Source: Alphaproteobacteria bacterium (GTDB lineage Bacteria; Pseudomonadota; Alphaproteobacteria; UBA828). From it: a stretch of 64,000 bases of DNA. The notes beneath the pieces are model-generated. The model saw only the letters and a program-made list of their open reading frames with translations. It was not told where the DNA came from and did no database searches. The stretch covers positions 32,001 through 96,000 of the forward strand of contig CAXXVO010000006.1 of assembly GCA_963422645.2 (NCBI GenBank), read 5' to 3'. Below, one piece after another: positions 1 to 9,079 of the stretch (position 1 is its first letter; each line of letters begins with the position of its first letter). Both the position numbers and the translations under genes were made by a program.

Positions 1-1295
1 GGCCTGAGCTCGATCAGCTCCGCGCGGCGCTCGGCGAGCGCGGTCACCACGTCGCCGACGAAGGCTTCGTCCACATCGATCTGGATTTCTTCGATGGGCT
101 CGAGCGGCGCGCCACCCTTGGGGTCTTCGCGCATCAGCACCCGCGGGCGGCCGATGGAGAGCTCGAAGCCCTCGCGACGCATCGTCTCGATCAACACCGC
201 GAGTTGAAGCTCGCCGCGGCCGGCGACCTCGAAGGCGCCGTCCTCCGCCATGCCGTTCACCTGGATCGCGACATTGCCCTCGGCTTCGCGTGCGAGGCGT
301 GCTGCGATCATGCGTGAGGTGAGCTGCGTTCCCTCGCGTCCCGCGAGCGGCGAGTCATTGATCGAGAACACCATTGCGATCGTCGGCGGGTCGATCGGCT
401 CGGCCGGGATCGCGGCGCAGTTCCCGGAAGCAGCGACGGTGTCCGCCACCGAGGCGGTCTTGAGGCCCGCGAGCGTCACGATCTCGCCGGCCCCTGCATG
501 CTCCACCGGGATTCGCTCCAGCCCGCGTGCGCGTAGCAACTTGGTGAGGCGGGCGACCTCGACCACGCCGCCGTCCGCGCCGAGCACTGTCACGGTCTGG
601 TTCGCCTCCATCTCGCCGGAGAGCACGCGGCCGCTCACCAGCCGCCCGAGAAAAGGGTCGGCCTCAAGCAGACTGATCAACATGCGGAAGGGTGCATTCC
701 GATCCGTGGCAGGCGCCGGCACGTGCGCGATGACGGTTTCGAAGAGCGGGGTCATGTCAGCCCCGGCGGCGGCCGCATCGCGCGAGGCCCAGCCGTCGCG
801 CGCGGAGCTGTAGACGAGGGGGAAGTCGAGCTGCTCCTCGGTCGCGCCCAAGGCGTCGAACAAGTCGAAGACCGCTTCGTGCACGATCTCGGGCCGGGCG
901 TCCGCGCGATCCATCTTGCTGACGGCCACGATCGGCCGCAGGCCGAGCCGGAGCGCCTTGTCGACCACGAATTTGGTCTGAGGCATCGGACCCTCGGCCG
1001 CGTCCACCAGGACCAGCACGCCGTCGACCATGCCGAGCACGCGTTCGACCTCGCCGCCGAAGTCTGCGTGGCCGGGGGTATCGACGATGTTGATGCGCAC
1101 GCCGTGCCAGTCGATCGCGGTGCACTTGGCCAGGATCGTGATGCCGCGCTCGCGCTCGAGTTCGCCGCTATCAAGGGCGCGCTCCCGCATCGGCTGGTTC
1201 GCCCGCACCGTGCCGCTCTGGCGCAGCAGAGCGTCGACCAGGGTCGTCTTGCCGTGATCGACGTGGGCAATGATGGCAATGTTGCGCAGGTCCAT
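1..1295 (-). CDS. typA: Translational GTPase TypA/BipA (runs off left edge)
   Basis: Minus strand reads [21 protein letters not shown]...[11 protein letters not shown]...[14 protein letters not shown]...[20 protein letters not shown]; ATG at 1295; absent from the ORF track because it has no stop in the window. Confidence 0.95.
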   Translation of the reverse strand, partial: MDLRNIAIIAHVDHGKTTLVDALLRQSGTVRANQPMRERALDSGELERERGITILAKCTAIDWHGVRINIVDTPGHADFGGEVERVLGMVDGVLVLVDAAEGPMPQTKFVVDKALRLGLRPIVAVSKMDRADARPEIVHEAVFDLFDALGATEEQLDFPLVYSSARDGWASRDAAAAGADMTPLFETVIAHVPAPATDRNAPFRMLISLLEADPFLGRLVSGRVLSGEMEANQTVTVLGADGGVVEVARLTKLLRARGLERIPVEHAGAGEIVTLAGLKTASVADTVAASGNCAAIPAEPIDPPTIAMVFSINDSPLAGREGTQLTSRMIAARLAREAEGNVAIQVNGMAEDGAFEVAGRGELQLAVLIETMRREGFELSIGRPRVLMREDPKGGAPLEPIEEIQIDVDEAFVGDVVTALAERRAELIELR

Positions 1296-1506
1296 GGCCG
1301 CGCGGCACTCCTTCGCTGCGGTGGGTGCAGTCGATGGAGACGCGCCCTCCCGGATCGGGATGTCGGTTATATAGCAGACGCCACGCAGATCGACAGTGTC
1401 GGGCGGAATCGGGACGGTCGAACCCTGGCACCCTGCCGCAAGACTCCTGGCATTGGCGCGAATAGAGTGAATTGCCGTGGGTTCGGGGGATCGGGGCGAG
1501 GTTGTG

Positions 1507-2718
1507 ATGCGAGGCAGTGCCGGCAAGCCGCTGTCGTGCCTTTCCAACCGGGCTGCCAGAAATCTGTTCCTGGACCGGCACGGCCTTGGGCGCCCGCCGC
1601 AGGGAGAAGGTCTCACAGGGCTGATCGAGCGGCTCGGCTTCGTCCAGATTGACAGCATCGCCACGGTCGAGCGCGCCCACCATATGATTTTGGCCTCCCG
1701 GCGCAGAAGCTACCGGCCGCAACAGCTCGACGACCTGCTGGAAGGGCGGCGAACTTTGTTCGAGCACTGGACCCACGATGCGTCGGTCATCCCCATGTCG
1801 TTCTATCCCCATTGGCGGCTGCGCTTCCGCCGCGACGCCGAAATGTTGCGGGCGCGCTGGCGAAAATGGCGCCGGGCAGGGTTCGAGGAGCGTCTCGACG
1901 AGGTGCTGGAGCGCATCCGCGAGGGCGGACCCGTCATGGCGCGAGAGCTCGGCGGCGGCCGACGGCGTGACGTATCCGGTTGGTGGGACTGGCACCCGTC
2001 GAAGACGGCGCTGGAGTTCCTCTGGCGCACCGGCGCGCTCGCCATCGACCGGCGCGAGGGGTTCCAGAAGGTCTTCGACCTGGCCGAGCGCGTGATCCCG
2101 GCCTCCTTCCGCGCTGCCGTGCCGGACGATCGGGAAACGCTGGACTGGGCATGCGCGAGCGCGCTCGACCGGCTCGGCTTCGCTTCCGCCCGAGAGATCG
2201 CGGCCTTCTGGGACACGGCCTCCCTCGACGAGGTGCGGTCCTGGTGTGCCGCCCGGGACGCCGGCGAGCTGGTCGAGGTCGCGGTGGAAGGCGCGCGGCC
2301 CGGCGAGGCTCGCCACCTCTTCGCGCGTCCCGACATAAGCGAGCAGGCCGAGCGGGCGCCGGAGCCACCAGCCGGAGTGCGTGTGCTCAGCCCCTTCGAC
2401 CCGCTGCTGCGCGACCGCAAGCGCGCCCAATGGCTCTTCGGCTTCCGCTATCGCATCGAGATCTATGTGCCGGAGGAAAAGCGCGAATACGGCTACTACG
2501 TCTTCCCGCTGCTGGAGGGCAACAGGCTGGTCGGGCGTATCGACATGCGCCGCCGGGAGGGCCGGCTCAGCGTGCGGGCGCTCTGGCCCGAGCGCGGCGT
2601 GCGCCTCGGCAAGGGGCGGCTCGACCGCATCGGGCGCGAACTCGACCGCATCGCCCGCTTCTGCGGCTGCGACGGCCCGGTGTTCGAGAAGGGATGGATC
2701 AGGGAGAGCCGGGAGTAG
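1507..2718 (+). CDS. YcaQ/AlkZ-like winged-helix (HTH_42) DNA glycosylase family protein
   Basis: FVQIDSI (QxD motif), FEHWTHDAS, LSPFDPL, YRIEIYVP..KREYGYY. Confidence 0.85.
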   Translation: MRGSAGKPLSCLSNRAARNLFLDRHGLGRPPQGEGLTGLIERLGFVQIDSIATVERAHHMILASRRRSYRPQQLDDLLEGRRTLFEHWTHDASVIPMSFYPHWRLRFRRDAEMLRARWRKWRRAGFEERLDEVLERIREGGPVMARELGGGRRRDVSGWWDWHPSKTALEFLWRTGALAIDRREGFQKVFDLAERVIPASFRAAVPDDRETLDWACASALDRLGFASAREIAAFWDTASLDEVRSWCAARDAGELVEVAVEGARPGEARHLFARPDISEQAERAPEPPAGVRVLSPFDPLLRDRKRAQWLFGFRYRIEIYVPEEKREYGYYVFPLLEGNRLVGRIDMRRREGRLSVRALWPERGVRLGKGRLDRIGRELDRIARFCGCDGPVFEKGWIRESRE

Positions 2719-2788
2719 CGGGCGCCGTCCGGGCCTCTACGAAGCCCGCTTCATGGTCCCGTTAGGTCTGATCGCATGAAGGGTCGGA

Positions 2789-2859
2789 GCCGATCGGCGC
2801 GCTAATCCATTGATCTTGCTGCATTGCGGCGGGTCGAAGAGGCGCGCCTAACAACACCC
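2789..2859. repeat. 71-bp MITE/IS-end-like module, copy 1
   Basis: Ungapped match to 8807-8877 (46/71 by hand count); 2842-2857 is a perfect inverted repeat of 6218-6233. Confidence 0.5.
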
Positions 2860-2921
2860 ATGGCTCAATCGCCCGCGAACGCGATCAATCGCCCGCAGAC
2901 GAGTGCTCCCAGCCAGCAAAC

Positions 2922-3149
2922 CGTTGAGAGGATGGCGTGACCGATCAAGCGGGCGCGCGGGGCATCCTTGAGCAGGAACCCGTGGGTCCAGCACAGAGCG
3001 AGCGTCGACAGAACCCCGACCGCAATGAAGGCCAGCTTGAGCTGCAGGAATCCCACGCCACTGTATTCCTGGGCCCGGACCGAGAAGAGCAGCGGTCCCG
3101 TGAGCAGGGCAAGGATCAGCCCACCCGCCGCAACGGGGGCGAGCACCCG
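2922..3149. repeat. 228-bp direct target duplication, left copy (right copy 5073-5300)
   Basis: Sequence cgttgagaggatggc...gagcacccg abuts both IS ends. Confidence 0.93.
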
Positions 3150-5072
3150 CCTGACTTCGACGGTTGGGCCGGATTTTGGCTGATCTCCCGTCTGGAGTTT
3201 TCTGCAAAGACAATGACTTAGAAGTTGCGGTGCGGTCAAGCCGCTTTGTAGTGCCTAGTAGGTATATGTGGTTGTCGATACCCCCGCCGCGCGCTACACT
3301 TTCCCCGTGTTCGTTCGCATCAAGACCACGCCCAACAGCCCGCGACGCTCGGTCCAGCTCGTCGAGGCCGTGCGCGACGGCGGCAAGGTCCGACAGCGCA
3401 TCGTTCGCCACATCGGCGTGGCCATGGACGAGGACGAGCTCGAGCGCCTGAGGCAGCTCGGCGAGTACGTCAAGGCGAAGCTGGAGGACCAGCGCCAGCC
3501 TTTGCTGTTTGCGCCCGAGAAGATCGCAGACCAGGTGATCCGCGTCGGACGCCAGGGCGACGGCAAGCAGGAACTCCCGGTCGATCTCAAGCAACTCGAA
3601 GAGGAGCAGCGCCTGATCACTGGCGTCCACGAGGTCTACGGCGAGATGTACCGCCTGCTGGGCCTCGATGCGCTGCTGCCGCGATCGCGCTACCGGGCCT
3701 CGCACGACGCGCTGTTCCACGTGGTGATGGCACGCATCGCCAACCCCGACAGCAAGCGGGGCAGCGTGCGCCGGCTCGAGGAGGACTTCGGCGTGAGCCT
3801 TCCCCTTGAGAAGGTCTACCGCATGATGGACCAACTCGGCGCGACCGTGATCGAGCGTCTGCGCACGCAGGTGGGCGAGGCGAGCCGATCGCTGCTGCCG
3901 GAGCCGGTCGCGCTCCTCTTCTTCGATTGCACCACGCTCTACTTCGAGACCGCGGTTGAGGACGAGCTTCGCCAGCACGGCTTCAGCAAGGACGGCAAGC
4001 ACAAGGACTCGCAGGTCCTGCTGGCATTGATGGTGACGCGCGAAGGGCTGCCGATCGGCTACGAGGTCTTTCCCGGCGCCACCTACGAGGGGCACAGCCT
4101 GGTCCCGGTCTTGCAGGACATGCAGCGCCGCCACCAGGTGGAGCGCACGGTGTGCGTGGCCGACCGGGGCATGCTGAGCGCCGACAACCTCGACGCCATG
4201 GACACGATCGGCGGCGAGTACGTCGTCGGCGCGCGGCTGCGCAAGCTGCCGCTCGCGCTGCGGAAGCAGATTCTCGACCCGGGCACCTATGCCCCGCTGG
4301 AGGGCCCGGAGAAGCGCCGGGTCGGCGAATGGGAGCACAAGGGCCGGCGCCTGATCGTCGTCTTCTGCCCCGTGCGCGCGCGCACGGACGCACACGAGCG
4401 CCGCAAGCAGGTGGAGCGCCTGCTCGACAGGCTGGCCCGCAGCGACAATCCGAAGGAGCTGCTCTCCAATCACGGGGCGAAGCGCTTCATCGCCGTCGAG
4501 GGCGAAGCCCGGCTCACGGTGAACCCGGAGAAGATCGCCGAGGCCGAGCGATGGGACGGGCTCGCCGGCGTCATCACCAATCTGCGCGACGCCAGCGTCA
4601 CCGAAGTGATGTCTCACTACCACGGGCTCTGGCAGGTCGAGGAGAGCTTCCGGATCACCAAGCACGACCTGCGGGTGCGCCCCATCTGGCACTGGAACCC
4701 GGACCGGATCCGCGCCCACATCGCCATCGCCTTCATGGCCTTCGCCTGCGTCCGCCACCTCGCCTACCGCGTCGCCATCCAGAAGCGGCGGATGTCCCCG
4801 GAAGTCATCCGCTCCGCCCTCGTCCACCGCCAATGCTCGGTCCTGCGCTGCCGCCAATCAGGCAACCGCTACGTCATCCCCTCCAAGCCGACACCGGCGG
4901 CGGAACAGATCTATGCGACCATGGGGCTGCCCCTGACGATCACCCCGTACCAGCTCGACTGACCGCCGACGAAACCCGGCCCGGTCTCGCAGCGCCGCCG
5001 GATGTAGTGCCTGGCCGGAAATGAGAACCGGCCAATTTCAAATACTTACGCGAATCAACCGTCGAAGTCAGG
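3150..5072 (+). mobile_element. IS1634-family insertion sequence
   Basis: 17-bp perfect terminal IRs CCTGACTTCGACGGTTG (3150-3166 / 5056-5072), long DR, single transposase. Confidence 0.9.
3307..4962 (+). CDS. IS1634-family DDE transposase
   Basis: FFDCTTLYFE, GFSKDGK, VADRGM, LWQVEESFRITKHDL, RIRAHIAIAF. Confidence 0.9.
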   Translation: MFVRIKTTPNSPRRSVQLVEAVRDGGKVRQRIVRHIGVAMDEDELERLRQLGEYVKAKLEDQRQPLLFAPEKIADQVIRVGRQGDGKQELPVDLKQLEEEQRLITGVHEVYGEMYRLLGLDALLPRSRYRASHDALFHVVMARIANPDSKRGSVRRLEEDFGVSLPLEKVYRMMDQLGATVIERLRTQVGEASRSLLPEPVALLFFDCTTLYFETAVEDELRQHGFSKDGKHKDSQVLLALMVTREGLPIGYEVFPGATYEGHSLVPVLQDMQRRHQVERTVCVADRGMLSADNLDAMDTIGGEYVVGARLRKLPLALRKQILDPGTYAPLEGPEKRRVGEWEHKGRRLIVVFCPVRARTDAHERRKQVERLLDRLARSDNPKELLSNHGAKRFIAVEGEARLTVNPEKIAEAERWDGLAGVITNLRDASVTEVMSHYHGLWQVEESFRITKHDLRVRPIWHWNPDRIRAHIAIAFMAFACVRHLAYRVAIQKRRMSPEVIRSALVHRQCSVLRCRQSGNRYVIPSKPTPAAEQIYATMGLPLTITPYQLD

Positions 5073-5503
5073 CGTTGAGAGGATGGCGTGACCGATCAAG
5101 CGGGCGCGCGGGGCATCCTTGAGCAGGAACCCGTGGGTCCAGCACAGAGCGAGCGTCGACAGAACCCCGACCGCAATGAAGGCCAGCTTGAGCTGCAGGA
5201 ATCCCACGCCACTGTATTCCTGGGCCCGGACCGAGAAGAGCAGCGGTCCCGTGAGCAGGGCAAGGATCAGCCCACCCGCCGCAACGGGGGCGAGCACCCG
5301 CACCACCGCCTCGCGAGAGATGCCGCGCCACACGTCTAGAAGCCGCAGGTTGAGCGGAACGACGGACCCGATCAGCAGGGCGATTGCAAAGATGTGCGCG
5401 GCGTTGACGGCGGCATAGCCCCAACGGGAACCCCGCAAAGCCTGCGCCAGGGCCGTCCCCTCGAGCGCCGCGAACAGGGCCTCCAAAGTCTCAGTCGCGC
5501 CCG

Positions 5504-6130
5504 GCGTTCCTGGAGACCCAGGTCACCGGCCGCACGCCCTTCGATGATTTCCGCGACGCCTTGGCGCGCGACGATGCGGCCAGTCGGGCCCGCTATCCCG
5601 CCGCTGCCGCGCGCGGCCTGCGCCTCTTCATCGGCCGGGGCAACTGCGCCTTCTGCCATTTCGGCCCGGCCTTTACCAACGGCGAGTTCGCCGATGCCGG
5701 CGTGCCGCATTTCGTCGAGCCCGGCCGGGTCGATCCCGGCCGGCACGGCGGCATTCGCAAATTACGCCAGAGCCCGTACACCCTACTGGGCCGCTTCAAC
5801 GACGATGCAGGGCGCTCCACCGCCGCCAAGACCCGCTACGTTGACCTGCGCCAAAGCAACTTCGGCGAGTTCCGGGTGCCGGGCCTGCGCAACGTCGCGC
5901 TCACCGCGCCCTACATGCATGCCGGCAGCCTCGCGACGCTCGCCGACGTGGCCCAACACTATTCGACGCTCGACGAGGAACGGCTGCACGCCGGGGGTGA
6001 ACGGATTCTGCGCCGCCTGGACCTGAGCGCGCGCGAACAGGCCGATCTCGTCGCCTTTCTCGAAACGCTGACGGAAAAAGAGCCGCTCCACGAATTGGTA
6101 AAGAAAACCGGCAACGCTGTATGCCCATAG
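5504..6130 (+). pseudogene. 3' half of a di-heme cytochrome c peroxidase/MauG-family gene
   Basis: CAFCH heme motif, FRVPGLRNVALTAPYMHAGS, DLVAFLETL; first heme domain and signal peptide missing. Confidence 0.8.
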
Positions 6131-6237
6131 TCAAGGCCCGACCCCAGGTGACAAGCCCCCACTGATTGGTCCAGTTGGAATATAAGTGCACTGATGGTTG
6201 GACTCGCCCCCGATGTTGTGTTGTTAGGCGCGCAGTT

Positions 6238-8798
6238 TCAGAACTCCTGACATTACGCTGGTAAGTGATTGAATCATTGAGAATGTTTTGGGAACCGCCG
6301 GCCGACCTTCGTAATGTCAAGTGTTGAGGCGAAAAGATGCGGGACGAGCGGCAGAAAGAAGCGGTCAGAATAGCAGGGTATTCCAACTAATGTCAATGAT
6401 ATGGGCGCTGTAAAGGGGCCTCGTAGTGAGCAGCCGAACTCGCTTACAATGCGCGGCAAAGGGGCACAACGCGGTTCAGGAACATAGCCGATGCAGCTTC
6501 AGTTTCCGCTGTGGCCGGAAAACGCCATCGTCATCTCCGAGACGCTCGCAATGGTCGAAGAGGACGGAAGGGTCGTCTTTTTCAACAGCGCGGGCCCGAT
6601 CTTCACCTATGCCGAAGACGATGCCCTCGGGAAACGCCACGCAATGGCGATGCTCACTGCACAGCGTCTGGTCTCAGCCGAAGCTCTGGCAAGGGCGATG
6701 GGTGTCAGCGGGCAGACCGTCCGGCGCAATCGTGACAAGTATCTCGACGGTGGGCTGGAGGCGCTCATCGCGAAGCCGCGTCCAAGAAAAGGATACAAGC
6801 TGGCCGGGGCCGAGCTCACCCTGGCACAGGAGCTGCTCGACGCAGGTGCGAGCGTGTCGGCAACAGGGCGTGCCGTCGGGGTCTCGGAAGGGTGCGTCAG
6901 GGCGGCGATCAAGACCGGCAAGCTGGTGCGGCCGGGCAAGCGGACGGCGCGAGGAGGCAAGGGTGCCGGGCCGGCGCAGGGTTCGGTTGCAGCTGCACCG
7001 GCGCCGGGCGCTCAGCGAACGGAAGCGCCGGTATCGTTGTCGCTCCCACAGGGCATCCTGGAGACCGGGCCGGGACCGTCGCTGCGTTCGGCGGCGGATG
7101 CGCAGTGCAGCGCCGGTGTTGCCGTCAAGCGGATTGAGGAACGGACTCTGGCGATGGCCGGCCGCCTGACGGAGGCGCCGATGCAGGTGCAGGCGGCGGA
7201 AGCGGTGCCGGGAGCCGGTGTGCTGCTGGCGCTGCCGGCGGTGCTGGATCAGGGCCTGTTCGCGGCCGGCGAGCAAGCCTACGGCCATCTCAAGAAGGGC
7301 TTCTTCGGTCTGTGCAGCGTGCTGTTGTTGCTCACCTTCATGGCGCTGCTGCGGATACGCACGCCGGAGCAGCTCAAAGCCCATGCGCCGGGCGAACTCG
7401 GCCTGCTGCTCGGCCTCGACCGCGCGCCGGAGGTGAAGACCTTGCGCCGCAAGCTCGCGGAAATCGGCGCCATGGGCAAGGCGCGCCACTTCGCCGATGC
7501 GCTGGCCCGGCGTTGGGCGCGCCCCGAGGCGCTGGGCTATCTCTATGTCGACGGCCATGTCCGGCCCTATCATGGCCGCAAGTACAAGATCCCGAAGACC
7601 TGGTCGCCGCAGCGTCGGCTGTGCATGCCGGCGACCTCCGATACCTGGGTGAACGACGCGCAGGCGCAGCCCTGGTTCTTCGTCACCGCCGAAGCCAATG
7701 ACGACCTGCTGTCGATGCTTGAGAACGCGGTTCTCCCGAAAATCCGCGACGAGGTCGGCGCCGGGCCGCGGCCGACCGTGGTGTTCGATCGCGGCGCCTG
7801 GAGCCCGGCTGCCTTCCAGCGCTGGTCGATCGCCGGCTTCGACATCATGACCTATCGCAAGGGTCGCTACGCCCCCTGGCCACAGCAGGACTTCGTCACC
7901 GTTGTCGATCCGAGCGGCCGGCAGAAGGCAGGCAAGCCGATGACCTGGAAGCTGGCCGAAAAGCCGCTCGCGCTCAGCACCGGGGGCGGTGACTCTCTGA
8001 CAGTGCGCGAAGTTCGCAGGCTATGCGACAACGGCCACCAGACCTCGATCGTGACCACGCGCACCGACCTGTCGACCGGCGCCGTCGCCGCCCGGATGTT
8101 CGCGCGATGGCGGCAGGAGAACTACTTCAAATACATGCGCCAGGAATACGCCCTCGACCATCGGTGCAGCTATGCCGCAGAAGCCGCAGACCCCGGCCGC
8201 CCGATGGCAAATCCTCAGATCAAGGCTCTGGAGAAAAGCCGGAAGATCGTGAAGAAGGCGCTCGACAAGCTTCGCATTCGCTACGGCGAACTGCGCGACC
8301 GGAAGCCGAGCGATCCGGACCTGCCGGACATCAGGGAATGGATCGGCGAGTTCGACCGTATCCTCAAGGAGATCCGGGCCGGGAAGAGAGCCTTGCCGAA
8401 GAAGGTGTCGGCCAAGACCGTGATGGACGAGGCGGACATCGTTCGTCTCGAGATCGAACGCAAGCGCTTCACCGACCTGATCCGCATGATCGCATACCGC
8501 GCCGAGAGTGCGATGCTGCCCATGATCGCACCGCTGTTCATGCGCGATGCCGAGGAGGGCCGCACTTTCCTCAAGGCGGTCTACCAGCTTCCGGCCGACA
8601 TGATCCCGCGACCCGAACGACAGATACTCATCCTCCGCTTCCACTCCATGGCCAACCCGCGATTCAACCGCGCTCTCGCTCATCTCTGCGAAAATCTCAC
8701 CGCCGAATCGCACCTCTATCCGGGAACGCAACTCCGATTCGTCTTCCAGCCCCCGGCTCTTTCCGCCATTTGAAATTGCACCATGTCAGGAGTTCTGA
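6238..8798 (+). mobile_element. Unclassified IS (2561 bp), related to the 38974-44002 elements
   Basis: 16-bp perfect IRs TCAGAACTCCTGACAT (6238-6253 / 8783-8798); 3-bp DR GTT (6235-6237 / 8799-8801). Confidence 0.9.
6491..8773 (+). CDS. Large putative DDE transposase (760 aa) with N-terminal HTH regions
   Basis: YVDGHVRPY, VFDRGAW, RWRQENYFKYM; sole ORF between the IRs. Confidence 0.8.
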   Translation: MQLQFPLWPENAIVISETLAMVEEDGRVVFFNSAGPIFTYAEDDALGKRHAMAMLTAQRLVSAEALARAMGVSGQTVRRNRDKYLDGGLEALIAKPRPRKGYKLAGAELTLAQELLDAGASVSATGRAVGVSEGCVRAAIKTGKLVRPGKRTARGGKGAGPAQGSVAAAPAPGAQRTEAPVSLSLPQGILETGPGPSLRSAADAQCSAGVAVKRIEERTLAMAGRLTEAPMQVQAAEAVPGAGVLLALPAVLDQGLFAAGEQAYGHLKKGFFGLCSVLLLLTFMALLRIRTPEQLKAHAPGELGLLLGLDRAPEVKTLRRKLAEIGAMGKARHFADALARRWARPEALGYLYVDGHVRPYHGRKYKIPKTWSPQRRLCMPATSDTWVNDAQAQPWFFVTAEANDDLLSMLENAVLPKIRDEVGAGPRPTVVFDRGAWSPAAFQRWSIAGFDIMTYRKGRYAPWPQQDFVTVVDPSGRQKAGKPMTWKLAEKPLALSTGGGDSLTVREVRRLCDNGHQTSIVTTRTDLSTGAVAARMFARWRQENYFKYMRQEYALDHRCSYAAEAADPGRPMANPQIKALEKSRKIVKKALDKLRIRYGELRDRKPSDPDLPDIREWIGEFDRILKEIRAGKRALPKKVSAKTVMDEADIVRLEIERKRFTDLIRMIAYRAESAMLPMIAPLFMRDAEEGRTFLKAVYQLPADMIPRPERQILILRFHSMANPRFNRALAHLCENLTAESHLYPGTQLRFVFQPPALSAI

Positions 8799-8806
8799 GT
8801 TTGGGC

Positions 8807-8877
8807 GCCGATCGGCGTGGTAAGGCGTTGATTCTCAGCAATTCTGAAGGGTCAAAGGGCGATACCGAATAACACCC
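8807..8877. repeat. 71-bp MITE/IS-end-like module, copy 2
   Basis: Degenerate direct copy of 2789-2859; contains an IHF-site-like TAAggcgTTGATT. Confidence 0.5.
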
Positions 8878-9079
8878 CGACGACGAGTGGACGAGATACA
8901 AGATGGGGGGGGATTCTCTCGACGCACGTCATGCGAAATGAGTGATTGTGCGGCGATTGGGTACGATCCCGTCCGTTCGGATAGCACTCTAGGTCTCGCG
9001 ACGCACACGGCATATGCTGCGCCGCCGGCCAAGGCGGCGGCGGTCGGCCGCAAGAGCAAGAGCGAGGGAACGATCAACA

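Larger units (their letters stand above)
2865..5486 (-). pseudogene. Small integral membrane protein (DUF2214/DUF6644-like) split by IS1634
   Basis: 5055-5486 encodes the N-terminus up to ...GHAILST then reads into the IS end; the native C-terminus VCWLGALVCGRLIAFAGD is stranded at 2865-2921. Confidence 0.75.

Noticed and set aside
2761-2852. Integron attC site (GTTAGGT and GCCTAAC cores; also GTTAGGC at 6223)
   Set aside because: The cores are in the wrong order for attC, and there is no cassette array or integron integrase.
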